The position numbers and the translations under genes were made by a program. A stretch of DNA of 30,834 nucleotides, taken from positions 1 through 30,834 of the IMG/VR virus record IMGVR_UViG_3300022178_005310; one strand, 5' to 3'. Source of the DNA: a virus (lineage: Duplodnaviria > Caudoviricetes). The notes beneath the pieces are model-generated. The model was given only the letters and a program-made list of their open reading frames with translations. It had not been told where the DNA came from and made no database searches. Shown here piece by piece: positions 1-9,094 of this stretch (position 1 is its first letter; each line of letters opens with the position of its first letter).

Positions 1-97
1 CACTACCATTAACTAAATCTGATAATTCAAGCGTATTTACATTAACCCATCTTTTTTCTTCTATTCTTTCACTATCACATATATCGCATGTTATCAT
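1..97 (-). CDS. Partial small Zn-ribbon-like protein (MITCDICDSERIEEKRWVNVNT...), runs off window start
   Basis: Manual translation; ATG at 97-95 overlaps the end of ORF 75-317; CxxC motif; open to window edge. Confidence 0.55.
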   Translation of the reverse strand, partial: MITCDICDSERIEEKRWVNVNTLELSDLVNGS

Positions 98-317
98 AAA
101 TCTCTATCTTTAACGATTCTTTTTCAAAATCCTCATTTATTACAAAGAACTTGACAACAGTGCCGGGATCACAAGCTACATCAAAATTTGAGGATATCAA
201 CCTTGCCATTTTCGTTGGCGTGTTCCTCTCAGTCTTATTGTACTCCTTTTCCATTAATGCAATAGCATCAAATAACTCTTCGTCCCTTAAGGACTTCATC
301 TTATACAGTGATATCAT
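75..317 (-). CDS. Hypothetical protein
   Basis: 80 aa ORF with 4-nt ATGA overlap with the helicase stop. Confidence 0.6.
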   Translation of the reverse strand: MISLYKMKSLRDEELFDAIALMEKEYNKTERNTPTKMARLISSNFDVACDPGTVVKFFVINEDFEKESLKIEIYDNMRYM

Positions 318-1555
318 ACGACTCTTATATATTTTTTGTCAAAACTATCCATTGAATTCTTGAAATAAGACATATCTTGTGTTCCATTTAGCACAATAAT
401 GTGCATCTCTGGAAACTCATGTCTTAAGCATCTTCCCAACATCTGATAAAACGAACCAATTGAGCTGTCTAATTGTGTAATTATGCCGCGCTCTATATTT
501 GTCAGATTAACTGACTCACGCAACATATTTACAGCAAATAATTCATTACATGTTCCATCATTGAAACAGTCTATAAGGTCTTGATTCTTTCCTTTTTCAT
601 TCTTTGAATGTACAGCACTATCAGATCCAACATTTTTAGCCTGTTTAATTGATCCTGTAAAACATATAAATCTAACTTTATCCTTTCTAAATTCTTTCAC
701 AAGCTCTTTAACGCGATCAGTCTTGACATCTGCAATGAATTTCTTACGAACAGACCCTAGATTAAGGAATTTGTTTCTACATCCATTACGGACAGGATAT
801 GAAACTGTCAAAGACTCTGAAATATCTTTATAGTAGGCCATTTGTTTGGTAATAATATTATAATATTGCTGCTCACTTCCTTGCACGACAATTCCTACCT
901 CTTTAGGGTATTTTTTTAGAGTCATGAACAATTCTTTATGAGTACAATACTTTGTTATTTTACCTTTTGGCTTTCTATATTGAAAATCCCATATCTTTCC
1001 ATCTACTTCTTTCTTAAGTTCAATTCTATGAACAACCAGTTCTGGCTCCGGCAATAATTTCAAATCAATAGCCTTTTTTAGAGGTATTGAATAGAAATGA
1101 ACATTAGTACACAATCTTTTGATCGCATCTTTTCTCTCTTCCGGAATAGTAGCAGATAAGAAGATAAGCTTAGTATTTCGACTTAACATTGGCATCATAT
1201 TCTTAATCCTAGCAGGAGTAAGAGCATGACATTCATCTAATATCACATAATCAGCTTTCTTCTTATGCTTCTTTAATGAGGCATACAACAAAATGGTAGT
1301 ATGATCCAGAATCTTGGCAACCTTGTGTTTCTTTAAGTCTTCACGCCAATTCTTAGTGTGAGTACTTTCTTTACAAACTAGGTAACCTTTTGCTTTTGGA
1401 TTTTTCTTAAGAATTTCCTGAACAATCTTAGCCGCAGCCAAAGTTTTTCCACATCCTGTAGACCACTCAAGAACTAAATGTTGATGAATGTTTGACAGCT
1501 TAACTGCGTTAGATTGTATTTTAGATCTATTCTGGTTTTGGACCAAAACCTCCAT
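314..1555 (-). CDS. Superfamily 2 (DExH) helicase
   Basis: Motif I STGCGKT, motif II ILDECH, motif III LSAT, motif VI QMLGRCLR. Confidence 0.9.
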   Translation of the reverse strand: MEVLVQNQNRSKIQSNAVKLSNIHQHLVLEWSTGCGKTLAAAKIVQEILKKNPKAKGYLVCKESTHTKNWREDLKKHKVAKILDHTTILLYASLKKHKKKADYVILDECHALTPARIKNMMPMLSRNTKLIFLSATIPEERKDAIKRLCTNVHFYSIPLKKAIDLKLLPEPELVVHRIELKKEVDGKIWDFQYRKPKGKITKYCTHKELFMTLKKYPKEVGIVVQGSEQQYYNIITKQMAYYKDISESLTVSYPVRNGCRNKFLNLGSVRKKFIADVKTDRVKELVKEFRKDKVRFICFTGSIKQAKNVGSDSAVHSKNEKGKNQDLIDCFNDGTCNELFAVNMLRESVNLTNIERGIITQLDSSIGSFYQMLGRCLRHEFPEMHIIVLNGTQDMSYFKNSMDSFDKKYIRVV

Positions 1556-2009
1556 TTTGTGTCGCTTTGTAGATTTGATCTATTATCTTCTCAAAATCTT
1601 CAGGATTCATTTCATCTAATTTAGACACATCAAGACTCATAACTTGTGCTTCTGGGAATTTCTCAGACAAAGTCTTCTTGATTTTATCTATTTGAGACTC
1701 ATCATCCTCTGTAACTTTCCCGGTAAGCTTATCAGAAAATGCTTGCATTTCTGGCTCGTTATATTTCATTGACTCTGAAGCTGTAATCATTGATCTAGAA
1801 AAATTCTCATCACTTTTTGCGCATTCAATTAACATTCTTGGCAGCATATCTAACGAAGCATTAATTGATCCCTCTTTCATTATGAAACCATTCTTAGTAT
1901 TCACTGCGCGTAGGAATACAATATTATCTGTTTCTCCTTGAGAATCAACGTATTTGTGAATAGCTTTTGCAGCATCATCAATTGTAATTTTTTTTCTAAA
2001 TATTCCCAT
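1527..2009 (-). CDS. Hypothetical protein
   Basis: 160 aa ORF in tightly packed leftward operon. Confidence 0.75.
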   Translation of the reverse strand: MGIFRKKITIDDAAKAIHKYVDSQGETDNIVFLRAVNTKNGFIMKEGSINASLDMLPRMLIECAKSDENFSRSMITASESMKYNEPEMQAFSDKLTGKVTEDDESQIDKIKKTLSEKFPEAQVMSLDVSKLDEMNPEDFEKIIDQIYKATQNGGFGPKPE

Positions 2010-2387
2010 TTATTCTTTTTTTAAATGATTATTAAGGAAAGACAAGTTTAATTTAGGGTACTCATCAGTATTAGAGAATCTACTGATAAACTCAGTAATA
2101 TTATCTATACCTACGATCTCATCTTTAGCTATATTCACAAGCTCTTTATCAGCTCTCTTTACAAGAGCATCAACTAACTTGTGCATTCCGGCTTTAACTT
2201 TATCATCATCAATTTTATCACTTGCTGAATTAAATTTGTTATGAGTCTCCTCAAGAAATTGCTCTCTCCTATCTACAATCTCTTTTACTTTTTTATATTG
2301 ATTCTTACATAAGGTCAGTACGGCCTCAAACTCCTCAACACTAACCGCGTTGGGAAGATCTTTAAATGCTATTTCTTCTGGCTTCAT
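2010..2387 (-). CDS. Hypothetical helical protein
   Basis: 125 aa ORF abutting next gene. Confidence 0.75.
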   Translation of the reverse strand: MKPEEIAFKDLPNAVSVEEFEAVLTLCKNQYKKVKEIVDRREQFLEETHNKFNSASDKIDDDKVKAGMHKLVDALVKRADKELVNIAKDEIVGIDNITEFISRFSNTDEYPKLNLSFLNNHLKKE

Positions 2388-2643
2388 TTGCTAATATTTG
2401 TCTATAGATTAATTCGTTTTCAAGAATAGGCAATTTCTGGATTCTTTCCTGTCCAAATTCGCCTCGTTTAAGTTTATTGATGCAGTTCTTTATGTAATTA
2501 CTGTCCATATAAACCATATAGTTAGCAATTCCTTTAGAACTAACCCACTCAATGCTATGTCTTAACTCAATATGCATCTTCATGGCTTTGTCATCAATAT
2601 TCATAAAGAACTTTTTTCTCTTCAAAAATGGTTCTTCAGTCAT
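2362..2643 (-). CDS. Hypothetical protein
   Basis: 93 aa ORF overlapping both neighbours. Confidence 0.7.
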   Translation of the reverse strand: MTEEPFLKRKKFFMNIDDKAMKMHIELRHSIEWVSSKGIANYMVYMDSNYIKNCINKLKRGEFGQERIQKLPILENELIYRQILANEARRNSI

Positions 2644-2924
2644 TTTCCAGTCTTTTTGAATGTCAACTTTTCTCTCTGGAGTTTAATATGATTTTCTTTT
2701 ACATCAAGAACTCTATGTTCTACAGCAACTTTATCTCTTTGTATTTCTTGATGATTAGCAAGCATAGCTCCTTGAGCAACAGCTTTAATTGCTTTGCCAG
2801 ATAATTTTGATATGACAGTAGCTTTTTGTTCATTCAATTTGCCGGCTCTTAAGTCTAATACATCCTGGGCCAAGCCGGTAGCAAGTCCATTCATAACTTT
2901 CATGTGATTGTTAATTGGTATCAT
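2640..2924 (-). CDS. Hypothetical helical/coiled-coil protein
   Basis: 94 aa ORF coupled to the upstream Zn-finger gene. Confidence 0.7.
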   Translation of the reverse strand: MIPINNHMKVMNGLATGLAQDVLDLRAGKLNEQKATVISKLSGKAIKAVAQGAMLANHQEIQRDKVAVEHRVLDVKENHIKLQREKLTFKKTGK

Positions 2925-3435
2925 TTTGTTTTTGTTTTTTAAGTTCGCGATGCAACGATATTTGCTGCCTCTTTAAATCTATTATGTATTCTGGAATTGA
3001 TCCCATTTCAGTTTTGAATAAATGACTTGTAATATATGAATCTCCAAGATTTTCCTTGTGTTTCTCGAATATTACTTTAGTTCTTTTTCTTGCAAGTTCT
3101 AAATTGTTCTTTCTCCATTTTCTTTGGCCTCTTAAAGATGCTTTTTCTTTACATTTAGGACATGAACGAGAATTAATACTATCTTCATACTTTGTTTTTT
3201 TACCACAAATAACACAGTAGTAAATATTAAAAGTATCTCTAATTAATTTTTTTGCAGAAACTTGAGCTCCATTTATTTTGTAATGAGTTTCATTAGAGTT
3301 TTTTTTAGTCCAACCTTTTACTAATTTTCCTTTTTTGTAAATTATACTTTTAGTCTTAAAGTAATGCACTCTAACAACTCCTTTTTCATTTATAGAATAT
3401 TGTTTATCTGTTCCTTCAATAAATTTTGATTTCAT
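2911..3435 (-). CDS. Basic protein with NUMOD4-like N-terminus and CxxC..CxxC Zn finger (putative DNA-binding)
   Basis: KFIEGTDKQYSINEKGVVR resembles the NUMOD4 start; CVIC...CPKC; start moved to ATG 3435 (MKSKF); no HNH catalytic motif seen. Confidence 0.65.
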   Translation of the reverse strand: MKSKFIEGTDKQYSINEKGVVRVHYFKTKSIIYKKGKLVKGWTKKNSNETHYKINGAQVSAKKLIRDTFNIYYCVICGKKTKYEDSINSRSCPKCKEKASLRGQRKWRKNNLELARKRTKVIFEKHKENLGDSYITSHLFKTEMGSIPEYIIDLKRQQISLHRELKKQKQNDTN

Positions 3436-3453
3436 CTGATTAGATTTTAAATT

Positions 3454-3698
3454 AATATCCCGGCAGCCCACCAATGAGATCTACACCACCTGTTTCGACT
3501 AATAGTACCTATCGACTGTACTCTACCGGGATATTTGTGGAATCGAACCACTTTCTTCTTCAATATTTTAAAACCCCCAAGTGCAGACAGGCCCAACACT
3601 CATTAGCCTACATTTGCTTTTATCACACTGTATGGGCTTCTGCTGTCTCCAGTTCTGCCACCAAGTTCTATTGTGTATTCGCCTACTCGGGGAGTTTG
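3454..3698 (-). ncRNA. Candidate structured RNA elements in intergenic gap
   Basis: 13-bp stem 3454-3466/3523-3535 (G.U wobble on minus strand); T-arm-like GTGG-TTCGATT-CCAC at 3551-3537; further long-range stem about 3570-3698. Confidence 0.4.
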
Positions 3699-4130
3699 CT
3701 ATGATAACTTCTTAGCTTCTGACTTTTCAAGCTCCATAAACATGAAGCTGTCAAGCGTGCTATCTGTTAATAATATATGAGCATCATGCAAAGGCATATC
3801 TGAATAGTGAGCATAAAACTCACCCTCATTAGAAAATACTCTCTCATGATCTTCAGGTAGATCTAATAATTGCTTTGGAAGACTATACTTCTTTCCGCAA
3901 TTGCTCCTAAAAATGGCAGCTCCACCACATTGTTTCACTTTAGCGGGATCACTGTCCTTTCCAATATATTGTTTATCATTGTGGCAAGGGAGCCAAAATG
4001 GCCCTCTTGCTTGCCCAAGATATACAAATGGGTGGCTACCACCTGGAGCAGGCTTCTCATTGTCGTTGATACGTCCAAATGGACATCCTCCACAAGGTCC
4101 TTTCATACTTTTTTCTGCAAAACTACCCAT
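3699..4130 (-). CDS. Cys/His metal-binding protein (CxxCPF...CH...CxG; DUF6283-like pattern)
   Basis: PCGGCPF, WLPCH, QCGGAAIF motifs. Confidence 0.7.
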   Translation of the reverse strand: MGSFAEKSMKGPCGGCPFGRINDNEKPAPGGSHPFVYLGQARGPFWLPCHNDKQYIGKDSDPAKVKQCGGAAIFRSNCGKKYSLPKQLLDLPEDHERVFSNEGEFYAHYSDMPLHDAHILLTDSTLDSFMFMELEKSEAKKLS

Positions 4131-4560
4131 TAGACAAAGATTTTATTTCTTGTTCTTTTTCGATAGTCCTTAAAAATTTATCAATTGTATTTTGCTCAAA
4201 ATATTTGAGGTCTTTAATTGAAAATTTCTTAAGCTTTTCAACGATACTTTGCACCATATCGCCATTAATGTACCATGACATGCTCGGGATCTGTTCCATT
4301 GGCAGTTCAAAGTACTTAACAGCGGTATTGTAATTATGCAAATCAATAGGATTTATTACATTGAATGTACTATGATGGTAAATGCATAAATCATGAGGAA
4401 CTCCTATGACAACCTTTATATCTTTCCACCTGTACCCATAATCATAGGCAAGCTTACAAAATACCTTCCTGGCATATACGTATGCTCTCTTCCTAGTATC
4501 TGCAGAGATATCAAATCCATACAGTTCATCAAGAAGATCTTTCAATTCTTGTAATTTCAT
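4123..4560 (-). CDS. DnaA C-terminal-domain-like HTH DNA-binding protein
   Basis: TRKRAYVYARKVFCKLAYDYGYRWKDIKVVIGVPHDLCIY matches the DnaA domain IV pattern RxxxxVxARxxxxxL...IG...HxxxI. Confidence 0.65.
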   Translation of the reverse strand: MKLQELKDLLDELYGFDISADTRKRAYVYARKVFCKLAYDYGYRWKDIKVVIGVPHDLCIYHHSTFNVINPIDLHNYNTAVKYFELPMEQIPSMSWYINGDMVQSIVEKLKKFSIKDLKYFEQNTIDKFLRTIEKEQEIKSLSNG

Positions 4561-4703
4561 ATTAATTTGTATTTTAGTGTTAATTATTCGATTAAAATAT
4601 TTTTAGTTAATAAGGGCCGTACTGAAGTATTCTCCAGCATAAACCCTTTACTCTCATCAATTTCTTATATAGAGATGAGAAGTCCATAGTATTGTTATAG
4701 CGT

Positions 4704-4760
4704 AATATAAAAAGGATACTAAAGTTCTATTTCCTGAGCGAGCTTGCGAGCGAAGGCTTG
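4704..4760. promoter_or_regulatory. Conserved intergenic element copy 1 (31-nt box + G.A-mismatch hairpin)
   Basis: AATATAAAAAGGATACTAAAGTTCTATTTCC running into hairpin CCT-GA-GC-GA-GC-TT-GC-GA-GC-GA-AGG; related copies at 10680 and 12551. Confidence 0.6.
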
Positions 4761-4844
4761 TCTTGCTTAATTTTTGATAAAACTACGCTTTTAGAAGCTA
4801 AATATTTGTTTACTATTATTTTCATTGTTGTTATTATTAATTTA

Positions 4845-5395
4845 GCACCCTCTTTCTTATTAGCTATCACTGTAGTCGTGATATGAACCAGCCGATATGG
4901 TTACTAATAAGAGTAGGGTCACATAGTATGTAGTTTATCATCTACTAATACTTTTTTTATTGTGGTTGATACTTCCACGATATATTATTTTACTACTTGC
5001 TGAGAACTCATTTGTGTTGTAGTGACTGGGGTATTTCCCTTTATATCTCTAAAATTACTTTTCTGCCAGCTTTCCTTTCTCAAGGGAACAACACATCTCG
5101 GATTACTCCGTTAATTTTGTATTTTCTCATCACGCACAGTAGGACAGCAAGCTGATTACCTAGTGAAATTAACATCCTGTCAATTCAGGATCAGTATCTT
5201 TCTGTGAATATTTTACCTTAATGGTTGACTTTAGAGCCATTAATTCCCGCATTTTATTCACAAAGGGTCAATGCTTAGCCTTATTATTAAAAACTCTTTC
5301 CCCAATTCAGCTATGGGATATTATCATTGCGTATATCCGGCAGTGAACCCATCACAAAAAGTTGATGGAGCAATGGCCAGAAATATGATAATTCA
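4845..5395 (-). ncRNA. Candidate large structured ncRNA (about 550 nt)
   Basis: No credible ORF; many nested stems; GNRA tetraloops (GUAA, GAGA) read only on the minus strand. Confidence 0.55.
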
Positions 5396-5412
5396 AATTA
5401 TTAATATCCATC

Positions 5413-5541
5413 TCATATAAATGATATTATTGCTGAGCACACAAACACTAATCCTAATAAGACTATAATGTATGCCCAGAAGGTTAGGTATGGCTCATTA
5501 TGCGTCAAACCATATTTAATTGATTCAAATATATCTCTCAT
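5413..5541 (-). CDS. Small membrane protein (42 aa; MRDIFESIKYGLTHNEPYLTFWAYIIVLLGLVFVCSAIISFI)
   Basis: Manual translation; ATGA overlap with 5538-5723; hydrophobic C-terminal helix. Confidence 0.55.
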   Translation of the reverse strand: MRDIFESIKYGLTHNEPYLTFWAYIIVLLGLVFVCSAIISFI

Positions 5542-5723
5542 AATCTAAAAATTGATTTAGCTTTATTAAATCCAATATAAAGCAGGAAAAAACCTGCAAG
5601 TTTACTTGCTATCAGTTCTCCAAGAGAAAATCCTGCAATCTGAACTATCATAAGGAAGAATCCTAATATGATATAAAATAACATTGCTACGAAATTTAGC
5701 TTTTGTTTAGTTTCTAGTTTCAT
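5538..5723 (-). CDS. Small membrane protein (2 TM)
   Basis: 61 aa, two hydrophobic segments. Confidence 0.65.
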   Translation of the reverse strand: MKLETKQKLNFVAMLFYIILGFFLMIVQIAGFSLGELIASKLAGFFLLYIGFNKAKSIFRL

Positions 5724-5867
5724 TGTTCTTAATTTGATTAATACTCTTGGCGGATGAAGTATCTGTCTTCTCCATCTCTTACGCCCATCCAGTTTTCTCC
5801 CATTTCTGAGACAGCATTTGGATCTCTCTGCGCCATAAAATTGATAGTATGTTGCATGATGATTAGT

Positions 5868-6044
5868 TTACTCATTTCCTGCGTATTTACTAGTTAGTAG
5901 CGACATGAATCCAAAGACTAATACCACTATAAATATTTCTTCTAAATCTCCTCCTTTAGTTAGAACTCTATAGAGTAACGTTGAGGTGCTTATTAATGTA
6001 GCAAACAAAAATCCTACATGTAATATCTTACGAATTGATTTCAT
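5868..6044 (-). CDS. Small membrane protein (58 aa; MKSIRKILHVGFLFATL...)
   Basis: Manual translation; two hydrophobic segments; A-rich leader. Confidence 0.55.
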   Translation of the reverse strand: MKSIRKILHVGFLFATLISTSTLLYRVLTKGGDLEEIFIVVLVFGFMSLLTSKYAGNE

Positions 6045-6183
6045 GATATAGTTGTTTTTTACGAGAGGCGGTAGGATTACTAATGCCTACATAGCTTTTA
6101 CACTTTCGACTGCTACATTTGTCTTTCCTCTCTATTTTTTGCCTCATTTTTACGTGTTGAGGCTTCACAGAATTTAATTACTT

Positions 6184-6256
6184 ATGCGTCTAGCAACTCG
6201 AGATGCCAATCTCTTTCCCTAATTGGGTAAGCGTCTTACCTTAAGACCACACGCAT
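6184..6256 (-). ncRNA. Degenerate tRNA-like element (73 nt), no assignable anticodon
   Basis: Minus strand: acceptor ATGCGT/ACGCAT, D arm GTCT-TAAGGTA-AGAC, T-like arm TGGCA-TCTCGAGT-TGCTA; abnormal anticodon arm. Confidence 0.45.
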
Positions 6257-6263
6257 ATAGTTT

Positions 6264-6521
6264 TTAAAACATTTTTCTTTTCTCTTCCTTTATATCCGGA
6301 ATTAAATAATTTTCTGGGAACAGCATGTTATCATGATCAAGTTGATAATGCAAATCTTTAGATTGGCTATCCCATTTTAACCCGGTAACTATTCTTGAGC
6401 TAAATGTATCTATACCATGATCATCATCATACTTATGATGTATTCTAACTACATCATTGATTTTGAATTGAGCATTATTAATTCTTTTTCTTTTCTCTTT
6501 TCTTCTCTGTTCTGAATTCAT
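6264..6521 (-). CDS. Small beta-barrel (SH3/KOW-like) hypothetical protein
   Basis: FKINDVVRIH...IVTGLKW...YQLD...FPENYL pattern; start moved to ATG 6521. Confidence 0.65.
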   Translation of the reverse strand: MNSEQRRKEKRKRINNAQFKINDVVRIHHKYDDDHGIDTFSSRIVTGLKWDSQSKDLHYQLDHDNMLFPENYLIPDIKEEKRKMF

Positions 6522-6534
6522 ATAATTATTAAAT

Positions 6535-6801
6535 TTAATCATTGAAGAAGTTAATTTCACAATCATCAATTGGAAGATGATATTCTTTGCAAGTACAGCA
6601 ATAATGTGCTTCTTTGCAGAAATCTTTATACTTTAGCTTGTTATAATATCTGAGAAGCCAAGCCTTATTTCTTTTATCATCTTCTGTTAATCTATGATTT
6701 ATTTTTACTCGAATATACAGAGAATATATTAATAATAACACTGCAATTAAAATGTATCCAATTATCATGGCTATGATATTAATTAAATCTATTGCGTTCA
6801 T
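6535..6801 (-). CDS. Membrane-anchored protein with C-terminal Cys cluster
   Basis: N-terminal TM helix; CKEAHYCCTC. Confidence 0.6.
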   Translation of the reverse strand: MNAIDLINIIAMIIGYILIAVLLLIYSLYIRVKINHRLTEDDKRNKAWLLRYYNKLKYKDFCKEAHYCCTCKEYHLPIDDCEINFFND

Positions 6802-6812
6802 ATACTCGTGTT

Positions 6813-7073
6813 TTAGGTTAATTTTCTTTTTGATTTTTTATCATGTTCTAATGGACTAAGTCTCCAAATAGATTTTCTTCCTATGCAAACTGAATAATTT
6901 TTTCCATTTCTTATTTGAGGATCTCGGTGCTTTTGAGCTTCACTGCATCCAAGAGTATTGTTTTTGAATACGCAGCCAGTGCAAAGCATTCTTCCTTCGG
7001 AATCTAGGGTTACATCTCCTTCTTTGTTGATTACATACTCACCATCTATAAACCTTATTATATCATCATTCAT
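6813..7073 (-). CDS. Small Cys-containing hypothetical protein
   Basis: CTGCVF...C...C; start moved to ATG 7073. Confidence 0.6.
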   Translation of the reverse strand: MNDDIIRFIDGEYVINKEGDVTLDSEGRMLCTGCVFKNNTLGCSEAQKHRDPQIRNGKNYSVCIGRKSIWRLSPLEHDKKSKRKLT

Positions 7074-7220
7074 TATAAATGAAATCAAAACTAAAGCATA
7101 GAAATCTTATAGTGAAGTCTTTGCTCCATGCTTTATATCCTAAATCTGATCCCCAAATTTCAATACTTAAGGGTAAGGTCCAATGACCTAATGTTCTGTA
7201 AACTTCTAAACTATATTTCA

Positions 7221-7649
7221 TTATCTATATTCTTTTAAAAAATTATACGCCTTGTTATACTTAGCTAAACGGTCATGATCTTTCTGAGTAAGTCCTTTTA
7301 ATCGTGTGATTTTGGAATTATGTTCCAAATCTCTCATTTTAACTTCAATAGCTAAGTCAGATATTACCATTTTATTTATAGCTTCATGATAATCTTTACC
7401 ACGCATATCAAGCAATTCAAGAGCAACTAGAACTTCTTTTGGAAATCCTTCCATTTCAAGACCTTTTATAGTCCAAGAAGTATCTTCTATTACGTCATGC
7501 AATATTGCTGTGATCATATATAGTTCTTCTAGATGTTGTACTTTATGCATAATCCATAAAGGATGAAGTATGTATGGTGCCCCGGACTTATCTATTTGCT
7601 TAGCATGGGCACTAGCCGCTATTTTGATTGCTTTAGCGAGTAGGTTCAT
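7221..7649 (-). CDS. HD-domain protein, small alarmone ((p)ppGpp) hydrolase / Mesh1-like
   Basis: AHAKQIDKSGAPYILHPL, AILHDVIEDT, VKMRDLEHN match the RelA/SpoT hydrolase domain. Confidence 0.8.
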   Translation of the reverse strand: MNLLAKAIKIAASAHAKQIDKSGAPYILHPLWIMHKVQHLEELYMITAILHDVIEDTSWTIKGLEMEGFPKEVLVALELLDMRGKDYHEAINKMVISDLAIEVKMRDLEHNSKITRLKGLTQKDHDRLAKYNKAYNFLKEYR

Positions 7650-7800
7650 TTCTATATCTGTTTTTTTCTGTGTATAAGTTATAATTATTATGTACTATTT
7701 CACATTGATTATGCAAGTGTATTTCTATTTTACCATTTGGATATTCAGTAATCTCATTTATGAGTCCTGAAAACTTCCAAAGCATTCTAAGTCTTTTCAT
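7633..7800 (-). CDS. Hypothetical protein (55 aa; MKRLRMLWKFSG...)
   Basis: Manual translation; overlaps start of the HD gene. Confidence 0.45.
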   Translation of the reverse strand: MKRLRMLWKFSGLINEITEYPNGKIEIHLHNQCEIVHNNYNLYTEKNRYRNEPTR

Positions 7801-8119
7801 TTTGTTTGATTTTAATTAGTATTTAAGAGGACGGTGAGAGGGGTTATACTTTACTGATGTGGTTAATCAGTTTTATTTCTAACCTCTTTAAGTCTGGCAA
7901 AAAAGCAGTTTAGATATCATATTAATACTTTCCGCTTCCACCTAATCACGATATTACGCTCTCCCCGTCCATCCTAATTATTTTAAACCAAGCTAAGGGG
8001 AGAGCGGAAACTCTCCTGTATGGTTAACAGAATTGACCTTTTTCCAAAGGCGCTCCATCTCTCTCCTTAGCATTGGACTATTGAAGAAAAGTACTTATTA
8101 TCCATTCTTCAATAATATT

Positions 8120-9094
8120 TTAGAAATCAGCATCAAAGCTCATTCCCTCATCATTTTTACTATTTACTCCAGCTTTCTGATACTCAGACACTCTTTTTTC
8201 AAAGAAGTTTGTCTTACCTTGCAATGATATCATATCCATGAAATCAAAAGGGTTAGTAGCATTATAAATCTTATCACATTCAAGCTCTACTAGAAGCCTG
8301 TCAGTGACGAATTCTAAATACTGAGTCATTAGATTAGCATTCATCCCAATAAGGCTCACAGGAAGTGACTCAGTAATGAACTCCCGCTCTATATTGAGAG
8401 CATCTGTGAGTATCTGAGTGATTCTTTCCTTTGGAACCTTGTTGATGAGATGTTTGTTGTGTAAGTGCACTGCATAATCACAGTGCATTCCTTCGTCACG
8501 AGAAATAAGTTCATTGGAGAATGTTAATCCAGGCATTAAACCACGCTTCTTTAGCCAAAAGATACTGCAGAATGCACCGGAAAAGAATATTCCTTCAACA
8601 GCAGCAAATGCAATCAGTCTTTCAGCAAAACTTGGCGAGTCTATCCAATTAAGGGCCCAATCAGCTTTCTTTTTGATAGCTGGGAAATGTTCTAATGCTT
8701 TGAATAGCTTATCCTTCTCAACTTCATCCTTAACGTATGTATCTATTAACAATGAGTATGTCTCACTGTGAATGTTCTCCATCATTATTTGGAATCCATA
8801 AAAGAATTTAGCTTCAGCATATTGTACTTCACTTACGAAGTTTTCCGCCAGGTTCTCGTTTACTATCCCGTCAGAGGCAGCAAAGAAAGCTAGTATTTGT
8901 TTAACAAAGTAACGCTCATCATCATTTAGCTTATTATTCCAGTCATCCAAGTCATCGCTTAAATCTATCTCTTCAGCAGTCCAAAAAGATGCTTCAGCAA
9001 GCTTGTACCATTTCCATAGATCATGATGTTTAATTGGGAATATGACAAATCTATTGTCATGTTCTTGTAAAATTGGTTCTATTTCTTTGCTCAT
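8120..9094 (-). CDS. nrdB: Class Ia ribonucleotide reductase beta subunit
   Basis: [25 protein letters not shown] (radical Tyr), [17 protein letters not shown]-terminal DADF. Confidence 0.95.
   Translation of the reverse strand: MSKEIEPILQEHDNRFVIFPIKHHDLWKWYKLAEASFWTAEEIDLSDDLDDWNNKLNDDERYFVKQILAFFAASDGIVNENLAENFVSEVQYAEAKFFYGFQIMMENIHSETYSLLIDTYVKDEVEKDKLFKALEHFPAIKKKADWALNWIDSPSFAERLIAFAAVEGIFFSGAFCSIFWLKKRGLMPGLTFSNELISRDEGMHCDYAVHLHNKHLINKVPKERITQILTDALNIEREFITESLPVSLIGMNANLMTQYLEFVTDRLLVELECDKIYNATNPFDFMDMISLQGKTNFFEKRVSEYQKAGVNSKNDEGMSFDADF

Noticed and set aside
2911-3435. HNH homing endonuclease
   Set aside because: NUMOD4-like start present but no HNH catalytic motif found
3454-3535. 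Hammerhead ribozyme (CGAAAC present on minus strand)
   Set aside because: No CUGANGA core in the required position
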